Shown in pieces: positions 1 through 7,653 of a DNA stretch of 27,173 nucleotides. The notes under the pieces are model-generated. The model searched no databases. It had not been told where the DNA came from and saw only the letters and a list, made by a program, of their open reading frames with translations. The translations under genes were made by a program, and so were the position numbers. The DNA comes from a virus (Duplodnaviria; Caudoviricetes), in IMG/VR virus record IMGVR_UViG_3300020045_010322, positions 1 through 27,173 of that record. The stretch is one strand, 5' to 3'. The first letter of the stretch is position 1. Each line of letters starts with the position of its first letter.

Positions 1-258
1 GTGATAGTCTTCTAAAATGTGTAGTTCGCAAATGTCTTTGACTGATACTTTCTTTCCTGACTCAAGAGTGATATACTCCCCGAAGAGAGGCATCATTACT
101 TCAAACACCCAGAAGAGTGTGTGAGTAAGGACTCTATGTCTGTTGTCAGGTAAATAAGCTTTACTGCAATCCATCTTGTTATGAATAGGGAGATAATCTT
201 CTACTTTACCTCCCCATTTTCTAACAGATGATTCAGCATGTTTCAATGGTACTGCCAC
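1..258 (-). CDS. DUF6915-like protein, partial (runs off the left edge of the window)
   Basis: Not in the ORF track. GTG start at 258-256 overlaps the TAG of the upstream ORF. Hand translation MAVPLKHAESSVRKWGGKVEDYLPIHNKMDCSKAYLPDNRHRVLTH... resembles the H-x-x-SS-x-x-x-WGG...DY-x-x-IH...RHR pattern of DUF6915. Confidence 0.7.
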   Translation of the reverse strand, partial: MAVPLKHAESSVRKWGGKVEDYLPIHNKMDCSKAYLPDNRHRVLTHTLFWVFEVMMPLFGEYITLESGKKVSVKDICELHILEDYH

Positions 259-550
259 TAGTCTTTTGGTTTATAACCGTTTCTTCTACCGGTTTCATTT
301 TCATATAAGTCTTTTACAATGTCTGATTGCCAGAACTGTTTGGTTTCAACGTCCATAATAGTTAGTCGTCCACCAAACCCAGCTCCTGTATCCAAGTTCC
401 ATACACCACCAGAGTGCATAGGTTGATCTGTCTTCCAGTTGATAGTAGTGGTATGGCCAATGAAAATTTCAGTGAAACCATCTACAGTCATTAACTTATC
501 ATCTCCTTTACAACTCAAAGCTTTTGCCCATAAACTTCTGTTCCAGGAGA
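258..550 (-). pseudogene. C-terminal fragment of a calcineurin-like metallophosphoesterase, 5'-truncated
   Basis: Has the late motifs WNRSLW, IFIGHT, WNLDTGAG and GRLTIMD. The N-terminal DxH, GDxxD and GNHE motifs are missing, and the frame hits a TAG near 591-593 inside the opposite-strand gene. Confidence 0.7.
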
Positions 551-554
551 AATT

Positions 555-818
555 ATGTACATTGTATATATTGAAAATAGGAAACCTTCCCTATTTTTAA
601 CCGTAGATTCCGCAAATAAATTCGGCCTGGAGAACGGTGGCATAACTTGGAAACTCCGTCCACTTCGAGACGAAGAACAGGCTAATGTAGTGGCTTTTGC
701 ATCTGTTTCCAGGAAGAATAACGAAATCGCCCTTTTCTTTGATTACTCAAAAGCTTTTATTTACGCATCCCGGCGTGACGCCGTTGTTCAAAATTTGATC
801 GTTGATCTGGACGCTTAA
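555..818 (+). CDS. hypothetical protein
   Basis: 87 aa ORF with AGGAGA RBS at 545-550; TAATG overlap with the next gene. Confidence 0.75.
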   Translation: MYIVYIENRKPSLFLTVDSANKFGLENGGITWKLRPLRDEEQANVVAFASVSRKNNEIALFFDYSKAFIYASRRDAVVQNLIVDLDA

Positions 819-1060
819 TGGAATTCCTAACAGCCTATACGTTTGAAATTCTCTTTTACTGGGCACCATGCGTGTTTGTCAATCTGTTTGTTCTTAGATT
901 TCTGTACAGAAAGATTTATACGAAGGATGGGTTATATGTACCAGCCGGAATTATCACACTATTTCTCTACGCAACTCTATCTCTTATTCCTATTTTCAAC
1001 GTCTATTTGATGTTTAACATTGAAGACGGATTCACCCCGGAAACTCCGAAAGAAGATTAA
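818..1060 (+). CDS. small membrane protein (two hydrophobic segments)
   Basis: 80 aa with two long hydrophobic stretches; translationally coupled to the previous ORF and 3 nt from the next. Confidence 0.75.
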   Translation: MEFLTAYTFEILFYWAPCVFVNLFVLRFLYRKIYTKDGLYVPAGIITLFLYATLSLIPIFNVYLMFNIEDGFTPETPKED

Positions 1061-1063
1061 ACC

Positions 1064-2353
1064 ATGTCTATCCTTAAAATCACTTCCGATAATCCGAAGC
1101 TCTCTTATATCCTTGCGAAGAATCCTGAAACGATTCGAGCTTCGAATACGCCATTCAAACGCTCAGTTCGCAAAGGTCAAGTCTACGGATGGTTTTCTGA
1201 AAACGACCAGACTTTCAGTCTATTTTTTGTCGACTCTCCTGCTGAGAACTCGTTCTCAGACTCACAGTTTGAATACCTCGATAAGTCTCGGTATTCGAGC
1301 CCATATGCGCCTATTGCCATCATGGCACAGACGTTGACGACGGCTTTGGCGAAACCGAACGAGCTAGATATTGAAGGGTATGAGACTAAGGTTTCATCCA
1401 CAATTAAAGTCCCTGCTCGCATCATTTCCCGCTTTGAAAAAATGAAAGGTTTGATCCTGGAGGCAGTGGAGATTGCCCCCGGACATCACAAGGTTAGCCT
1501 GGCCACCAATGGTGTCTTGAAGGCGTTAAACCTGTTTCAGACCTTGTGTTTCGTAGCTTGTATGGCTGACGATGACACGTACGTTCCTTTGACTGAAGAG
1601 GGCCTCTTGAAGTTTGTAAAAGGCCTTAACAGGGTTGATGCACCGTACTACCTTCGCTATTTAGTATCGTCTCGTGCTATCAATAACAGAGACGTATTTG
1701 GTCGTATGAAAGAGCATCTGGATACTGACACGATCAACATGAAGTTTGGAGATACTCAGACCCAGCGACACGACGCAATCAAGGCTCAGCTACTGGGCGG
1801 CGAAAAGCTGGTGGACATTGGATGTGGTGAAATGTTCCATGCACTTCGATTATCCAAAGTATACGAGACTGTTTACGCCATCGATGCAGATGAGGAGATC
1901 TTCAAGGCTAATTCCGGAAAGGTAATTCGTCGGAAATTGGACGACAAGATTATCCCCATGCTCACAAACGTCACGGCCCCTAATTGGGTAGAAGAAAACG
2001 AAAGCTTACTAGATGACGCTGATGTTTTGCTGGGTGAATGCATTGAACATATGCCAAAGATTCTTGCGTTTAATCTAATCCTTAACCTTTTATTGAGCGG
2101 CGCAAAACGCATCATTATCACTGTTCCTAATAAAAGCTTTAACGTTAACTATGGAATGGCTGACGATGAGTTTAGGCACCCTGACCATCTATGGGAGCCT
2201 ACGAGTAAAGAGTGGATTGAATTCATCCAAAACGTGAAGGAAAGCGTTAGTGACATTCTTGTTAAAAGAAATTTTTACACTTCGCAAGTAGGTGATATCG
2301 TAGGCATGGAAGGTATGTGTCACATGGCTGTTTTTGAAGCTAACACCGCATGA
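1064..2353 (+). CDS. hen1: Hen1-type 3'-terminal RNA ribose 2'-O-methyltransferase
   Basis: C-terminal MTase with SAM motif LVDIGCGE, metal-binding ECIEH, VPNxxFNxxY and FRHPDHLWE. The N-terminal domain (YILAKNP, FEYLDKSRY) resembles the bacterial Hen1 ligase-activating domain. Lies next to Pnkp. Confidence 0.9.
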   Translation: MSILKITSDNPKLSYILAKNPETIRASNTPFKRSVRKGQVYGWFSENDQTFSLFFVDSPAENSFSDSQFEYLDKSRYSSPYAPIAIMAQTLTTALAKPNELDIEGYETKVSSTIKVPARIISRFEKMKGLILEAVEIAPGHHKVSLATNGVLKALNLFQTLCFVACMADDDTYVPLTEEGLLKFVKGLNRVDAPYYLRYLVSSRAINNRDVFGRMKEHLDTDTINMKFGDTQTQRHDAIKAQLLGGEKLVDIGCGEMFHALRLSKVYETVYAIDADEEIFKANSGKVIRRKLDDKIIPMLTNVTAPNWVEENESLLDDADVLLGECIEHMPKILAFNLILNLLLSGAKRIIITVPNKSFNVNYGMADDEFRHPDHLWEPTSKEWIEFIQNVKESVSDILVKRNFYTSQVGDIVGMEGMCHMAVFEANTA

Positions 2354-2595
2354 CAAGCCAAGAAAAGATAGATGAAATAGTCAGCGGCATACTCGTAGGA
2401 CTTCATTATAACGTTCTTAATTTTGAACGTATATCCCTGCAAAAGAGTCAATTAGATCCCGATTTCTTGGTCGCAGCGCTAAGAACTTCATACTCATTCA
2501 GAGAAGAAGTTCCTGGTTGGTACGAGTTACGGTCCAGAGCTATTAGTGAATTTAAAAAATACGGTCATAACCTAGACGAACTTAGAGGTTTATAA
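2350..2595 (+). CDS. hypothetical helical protein between hen1 and pnkp
   Basis: 81 aa; ATGA overlap with hen1 and 5 nt from the pnkp start. Confidence 0.75.
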   Translation: MTSQEKIDEIVSGILVGLHYNVLNFERISLQKSQLDPDFLVAALRTSYSFREEVPGWYELRSRAISEFKKYGHNLDELRGL

Positions 2596-2600
2596 ATATC

Positions 2601-5075
2601 ATGCTTAATCCTAATATCACCCCCCATACTGTCTACATTCTTTGTGGGCCGACGATGTGTGGCAAGTCTACATTTGCTGAACGTCTTGCTGCTCGCAGTC
2701 GTAACCTAGGCTTGTCGTCTCAAATCATCTCCTCCGACTTTGCAAGAATCAATTACCTTGCACAAGGGTCTTTATCCCACTGGGACGAATTGAACCCTTT
2801 AGAAGTCATGGACTCAATGCATTCTTCAGGCATGCTCTCAGTCAGTAAGCAGGCTTTCGAGTTACTGTTCACTCACCTGAAAGCGATGACCTCCTATCCG
2901 ATTAACACGGAAGTTGTGATCGTTGACACGACGGGCATGGATGAAGGTTTTCGTAAAGACGTTGTTGCGATTGCGAAAGCTAATTGCTACAAGGTCGAGC
3001 TTGTAACTTTCGAGTACAAGACGCGAGCAGAGTATCTCCCGAACGGCGTTACTCGGGATCAAGAAGAGGTTGTCATGGCTTCGGTTGATAAGTTTCGCAA
3101 GCGGGTTCTTCCGAAAATCACAGTTAAAGACTTTGATAATCGTTGGAGGATCAAGACGCGTAACTTTGATTTCACCCTGCTTGATGATGAAGATCATGAA
3201 AAGTTACGCGATTATGCGCGTTGTTTTGAACTGGCGGAGACTTTTGCTGTAATAGGAGACTCCCATGAGTGCGTAGATGTATTGAAGGGGTTAATCGAAG
3301 TCCTTGAATCAGAAATTCCTGGCATCCAGATTGTCCACGCAGGGGACTATTTAGATAAAGGTGGAAATACTGCAGAAATGCTGGCCTTCATGCATGACCG
3401 AGTCGTTGACGGAAAAGACTGGCTCGTGGAAGGAAATCACGAAAGCTACGTATTCAAGCGCCTGAAAGGAATTGTCAAACCTGACTTTGAAATGGAGCGT
3501 GCTAACTTCAGCTCGTTGGAGGTCTTAGAAGCAGAAGGTAACGTTCACCTTCAAGATTTATTCTTTGATATCCATCATAAGGCTCGGCCGTTCATGGTCG
3601 TTCATCACACTTCTGCCAGAACATCTACTCCGGTTATCATTACCCACGCACCTTGTGAAAACAAGTACATTGGTAAGATGTCTCAGTATGCCATGCGCGC
3701 ACAGAGAAACTACCGGGTTGTGGACCGCTCAGCACCCCTGTTTAAAGAGCTTGAATGGTACTATAAAGAGGCCGAATCAATCTTCCCTACCCACGTGTGC
3801 GGCCACTTTGCTCATGAGGTTACGGACCCGTACGGCTATCGATACAAGAACAAGATCTTTATTGACACGGGTTGTGTGTACGGCTACGAGCTGTCTGCAG
3901 CAGTGTTTAGTGCAGGTAAGCTTGTTGGGTATCGCAGTGTAGACAGCACAAAGCCGAAGGTAGAAGGTATTGAGAAAAATCTCGGCATGCCGCCGAAGGC
4001 TCAAAAGGCTTTCGACATTGACGATTACGACCTAGATCCAGGTGAACTGCGTCTTCTAAACCAAGCTATCAAACACGAGATTAAGTACATCTCTGGCACG
4101 ATGGCGCCGGCCCCTAGCAAGGGCGAGGAAATTGAACCGTTGCATGCAGCTTTTGACTACTTCAAGAAGAAAGGAGTAGACAAGGTTGTTGTGCAGACAA
4201 AGGAGATGGGGTCACGTTGCCAGGCGTATTTGTTTTATGGAGAGCCTGAGCGTACAATGCTTGTGAGTCGTGGTGGCTGGCGTATTCGGGGCATTGAAGG
4301 ACTTAACGAGAGTCAGTTTGAAGAGTTTTGCTGGAGAGTGTATGATGAGTACGCTCCGAAAGTTTGTAGCAATTTTTGTAAAGAAGTGATTCTTGACGGG
4401 GAGCTGCTTCCTTGGGCTGCACTTGGAAAGGGGTTGATTGATCATGCGTTTGGCGCGTATGAGAGCCTGGTCGAGGACGAGATTAACGAACTCTGTCTTA
4501 ACGACGGGCTAGCGGACTTACCTGATTTTGCAGAATGGATCGGAATTGAGAAGAAAGGAGAGGATTTGAATGCGTTCAAGAACTCTCTTGCAAACTTCAC
4601 CCAGAATACGCCACCTCGTTTCAAGGCGTTTAGCATTCTGAAGTGGGGCAATGCTGACATGAGTCGGATCACTGAAACCGTCAAGTATATGATGGTTAAT
4701 GATGACAAGGTTGTCACCGTGGACTTGAATACTGGAGATGGCCTTGACGAAGCTGAAGAAATGTTCGGCAAGCTGACAATCATTGATGGAAAAGAGGGTG
4801 TCGTCCTCAAACCTGATAAGCCTACTAAAGGCGCCCCGCCTTACATGAAGGTTCGCTCCCCTGAGTATCTTCGCCTTGTCTACGGCTACGACTACACTTC
4901 GCGCCTGGACAAGCTTTGCCGCCAGAAGAGTATTTCGGGTAAGGTGGCAATGTCAATCAAGGAGTACGAAATGGCAGAAGAAATGCTAACGGCTGAGCCT
5001 GACAAGCGCAAAGAGCTGATCGTGAAGATGATCGGCAATTTGAAAGCTGAGAAGAGCTTAGATCCGCGGCTTTAA
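2601..5075 (+). CDS. pnkp: Bacterial-type Pnkp: polynucleotide kinase / metallophosphoesterase / RNA ligase (adenylyltransferase)
   Basis: Kinase: P-loop GPTMCGKST, SSDxxR, VDTT. Phosphoesterase: GDSHE, GDYLDKG, GNHE, THA, GH, DTG. Ligase: KEMGSR (motif I), LDGELLPW, FKAFSIL, EGVVLKP, KVRSPEYLRLVYG. Ends in the conserved DPRL. Confidence 0.92.
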   Translation: MLNPNITPHTVYILCGPTMCGKSTFAERLAARSRNLGLSSQIISSDFARINYLAQGSLSHWDELNPLEVMDSMHSSGMLSVSKQAFELLFTHLKAMTSYPINTEVVIVDTTGMDEGFRKDVVAIAKANCYKVELVTFEYKTRAEYLPNGVTRDQEEVVMASVDKFRKRVLPKITVKDFDNRWRIKTRNFDFTLLDDEDHEKLRDYARCFELAETFAVIGDSHECVDVLKGLIEVLESEIPGIQIVHAGDYLDKGGNTAEMLAFMHDRVVDGKDWLVEGNHESYVFKRLKGIVKPDFEMERANFSSLEVLEAEGNVHLQDLFFDIHHKARPFMVVHHTSARTSTPVIITHAPCENKYIGKMSQYAMRAQRNYRVVDRSAPLFKELEWYYKEAESIFPTHVCGHFAHEVTDPYGYRYKNKIFIDTGCVYGYELSAAVFSAGKLVGYRSVDSTKPKVEGIEKNLGMPPKAQKAFDIDDYDLDPGELRLLNQAIKHEIKYISGTMAPAPSKGEEIEPLHAAFDYFKKKGVDKVVVQTKEMGSRCQAYLFYGEPERTMLVSRGGWRIRGIEGLNESQFEEFCWRVYDEYAPKVCSNFCKEVILDGELLPWAALGKGLIDHAFGAYESLVEDEINELCLNDGLADLPDFAEWIGIEKKGEDLNAFKNSLANFTQNTPPRFKAFSILKWGNADMSRITETVKYMMVNDDKVVTVDLNTGDGLDEAEEMFGKLTIIDGKEGVVLKPDKPTKGAPPYMKVRSPEYLRLVYGYDYTSRLDKLCRQKSISGKVAMSIKEYEMAEEMLTAEPDKRKELIVKMIGNLKAEKSLDPRL

Positions 5076-5092
5076 GACTTTCAACAACTAAC

Positions 5093-5118
5093 ACAGGACG
5101 GGGCTTCGGCCCCTGTTT
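5093..5118 (+). terminator. hairpin with C(UUCG)G tetraloop after pnkp; probable terminator or stabilising stem
   Basis: GGGGC-TTCG-GCCCC at 5100-5113 followed by TGTTT; the U tract is short. Confidence 0.6.
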
Positions 5119-5122
5119 AACT

Positions 5123-5413
5123 ATGAAACTATCTATCGAACTTGACGACACAGACTTGCAGAAACTTGTGCATCAGCAGTTGGGCGCAAGTATTTCTGCT
5201 ATTACTGACGATGCCATTAAGACGATTGTCAATGACATTATTAACAAGAAACTAGAACGACTCACTGGCAACGTTGTTGACGGTATTGTAGGGGTTGCCG
5301 CTAAAGACATTATCGAAGCTCGGCTAGGGCAATCAGATTATCAGCGAAGATCAGAGATCTATCGAATAATGGATGCAACTGCGGTAACCATTGTAAGAGG
5401 TGCAATGAAATGA
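5123..5413 (+). CDS. hypothetical protein
   Basis: 96 aa; ATGA overlap with the next gene. Confidence 0.75.
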   Translation: MKLSIELDDTDLQKLVHQQLGASISAITDDAIKTIVNDIINKKLERLTGNVVDGIVGVAAKDIIEARLGQSDYQRRSEIYRIMDATAVTIVRGAMK

Positions 5414-5682
5414 GCAATCAAGAAAAATCGTTAGAGCAGCTTTTAACAGAATGCACTTGGGAGGTAATGGAAGGAATCTCCTCAGGTGAAACGCTTAGAA
5501 GTAGCATATATAGAGTTATTGGATTGGCAAGAGAATGGACCCCTCCGCCGACGCCTATTACCGAGGAAAACGACAAGATGATTATGAGTTCCGCGTTCAA
5601 CCGGTGCCCATCAGACTTACCTCACTTTGATCGTATGAAGTGGATTGCAAAAGAATTTAAAAGATTGCAGGCTAGAAAATGA
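5410..5682 (+). CDS. hypothetical protein
   Basis: 90 aa; ATGA overlaps on both sides. Confidence 0.75.
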   Translation: MSNQEKSLEQLLTECTWEVMEGISSGETLRSSIYRVIGLAREWTPPPTPITEENDKMIMSSAFNRCPSDLPHFDRMKWIAKEFKRLQARK

Positions 5683-6731
5683 AACACATCCCATTCCCCT
5701 CAATCGACCAATTCCGTAGCGTCGTTAAACACGTAAATGACAAGAGTAATCATAAAGGAATCCCTCGACCAACACTGAGTTTCCACGGCACAACGAAACT
5801 CCATGGAACTAATTCGGCCTTTGTAGTCAATGATTGGACTGGCGAAGTTTGGCAGCAATCACGCGAAAGAATCATTACTCCGGATGATGATAATGCGGGG
5901 TTTTCTGCTTGGGCTAATCAGGTAAAGCAATTCAATCTCTTGCAAGAACTAGTTTCCTGTGCTGCAGCCAGGGCTATTCCTAGCGGCCTTTACCTTATCG
6001 ACAACCCGACAACAACCGTAGTAATCTACGGCGAATGGTGTGGCGGCAGCATTCAGAAAGGCGTTGCTCTGAACCAGCTAGAGAAGATGTTCGTTGTGTT
6101 TGGCATTAAGTTCCTCGATGAAGAACTTCCAGACAAATGTATTTGGCTAAGTCCAACAGACCTTAAGCTTGCTTTTGGCACACTCAAAGGTCAGCACCCG
6201 GACGTAGTCTCATCTGCACGAATCTTTTGCATCGAAGACTTTCCAACCTGGGACATCAAAATCGATTTCTCTAACCCTGCAGCAAAACAGAACGAACTTA
6301 TCACCCTAACTGAAGTTGTCGAAGCTAAGTGTCCAGTAGGCGCTCACTTCGGTGTCGAGGGTGTAGGGGAAGGCATCGTTTGGTCTTGTACTACACCTGG
6401 TTGGGGAGATCAGATTTTCAAAGTCAAAGGCGAGAAGCATTCCAGCAGCAAAGTCAAGACTTTGGCTGCAGTCGACGTTGAAGTCCAGGCTTCAATTGAA
6501 GCTTTCGTAGAGTCTGTTTGCACTGAGAACCGGCTTGAACAAGGCCTAGGCTTGGTGAGTCTAGATCAGACAAGTATTGGACCCTTCCTAAAATGGGTTG
6601 GCAACGACGTAATCAAGGAAGAGTCTGATACAATGGCTGCGTCTGGACTTGAGCAAAAGCAAGTCATGGGCGCGGTTAATAGAAAGGCTCGGGATTGGTT
6701 TTTGAATAGATTAAACAAGGAGGTTATGTGA
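5679..6731 (+). CDS. Rnl2-family ATP-dependent RNA ligase
   Basis: Nucleotidyltransferase motifs KLHGTN (I), SR (Ia), YGEWCG (III), FVVFGI (IIIa), GEGIVW (IV), FKVK (V), plus a helical C-terminal domain. Confidence 0.88.
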   Translation: MKHIPFPSIDQFRSVVKHVNDKSNHKGIPRPTLSFHGTTKLHGTNSAFVVNDWTGEVWQQSRERIITPDDDNAGFSAWANQVKQFNLLQELVSCAAARAIPSGLYLIDNPTTTVVIYGEWCGGSIQKGVALNQLEKMFVVFGIKFLDEELPDKCIWLSPTDLKLAFGTLKGQHPDVVSSARIFCIEDFPTWDIKIDFSNPAAKQNELITLTEVVEAKCPVGAHFGVEGVGEGIVWSCTTPGWGDQIFKVKGEKHSSSKVKTLAAVDVEVQASIEAFVESVCTENRLEQGLGLVSLDQTSIGPFLKWVGNDVIKEESDTMAASGLEQKQVMGAVNRKARDWFLNRLNKEVM

Positions 6732-7165
6732 GTAAAAAAGTTATGCAAGATGCGTTGTATGCGTTGGAATGTCTTCAAGTAAATGAGTCTGGTAGGCTAG
6801 AGTCCAGCAGCTACGATGTGCATCAAATCAATGTAGCAAAAGACGCTCTGCGCGCAGCATTGGCGCAGCCTGACAACGAGTTAGAGGAATTACCAGAGCC
6901 TGCCAATGCACGAGTTGGCTGGAGCAGAACTGAGTACCTGCCATGGAACGGGCCTGCATACAGTGCAGACCAGATGCGCGCCTTTGCGAAGAACAGCAGG
7001 CAGCATGCCCCTACAATGCAGCCCCTAACCCCGGACCAGATCTTCGCATCACAGGAAATGATGCACCTAAACGGATCTCTTCTTCAACTGGACATGTCTC
7101 AGCTCATGTTGTTAGTCCGTGCAGTGGAGAATTTACACAACATTAAAACAAAGGAATCGCCTTGA
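6728..7165 (+). CDS. hypothetical phage protein (modular small-protein type)
   Basis: 145 aa, GTGA overlap. Segments ALRAALAQP, YSADQMRAFA and QPLTPDQI are typical of mosaic accessory proteins of proteobacterial phages. Confidence 0.7.
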   Translation: MSKKVMQDALYALECLQVNESGRLESSSYDVHQINVAKDALRAALAQPDNELEELPEPANARVGWSRTEYLPWNGPAYSADQMRAFAKNSRQHAPTMQPLTPDQIFASQEMMHLNGSLLQLDMSQLMLLVRAVENLHNIKTKESP

Positions 7166-7548
7166 ATCAAGAGGATAAAGATTTGATCCTACTCGCAGCG
7201 GAAGCGTACGGGATTGAGATCGAGTGGAGAGAGGAATTGAGGTGTTTTGTACGGGTGGAGTTTCTTCCATACTACATTCACTGGAATCCTCTACAAGACA
7301 GTGACCATGCATTAACTTTGCTAGCATTTCTATGTAGCAAGGTGGTTACTCTTGTAGGTGGACCAGGGGGTGTATGTATTAAAGTCCACCATCCTTTAGT
7401 AACTGTCGACGTTTGGAATAAACCCGGTCACAGCGAAGTGTTTGATGCTGTAGCTACAACAAGGCGGGTGATTACCACCGCGGCTTCTAAAGTTGCTTTA
7501 GAGCTACGGGGTAAAAATTCCTCGACAGAGACCCTCAATTCCAATTAA
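7162..7548 (+). CDS. hypothetical phage protein
   Basis: 128 aa; TTG start overlapping the previous stop with AAGGA upstream; WNPLxDxxxALxL motif common in phage hypotheticals. Confidence 0.7.
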   Translation: MNQEDKDLILLAAEAYGIEIEWREELRCFVRVEFLPYYIHWNPLQDSDHALTLLAFLCSKVVTLVGGPGGVCIKVHHPLVTVDVWNKPGHSEVFDAVATTRRVITTAASKVALELRGKNSSTETLNSN

Positions 7549-7559
7549 AATGTACTCCC

Positions 7560-7616
7560 TGGTATAAGAACCATACAGACAGAAGTGTAGCAATTATGCG
7601 ACATTCTGTCTTTTTT
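7560..7616 (+). promoter_or_regulatory. TGGTATAAGA promoter-like motif followed by a hairpin and U tract, upstream of nrdJ
   Basis: Extended -10-like TGGTATAAG at 7560-7568; stem AGACAGAA...TTCTGTCT (7577-7611) then a T run. The same motif-plus-hairpin layout occurs at 11564. Confidence 0.5.
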
Positions 7617-7653
7617 AGATTAACTAAGTTTACAATTAGGATCAAATAATTAA

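Noticed and set aside
7552-7653. Cobalamin riboswitch upstream of nrdJ
   Set aside because: The gap is only about 100 nt and no B12-box consensus is visible.
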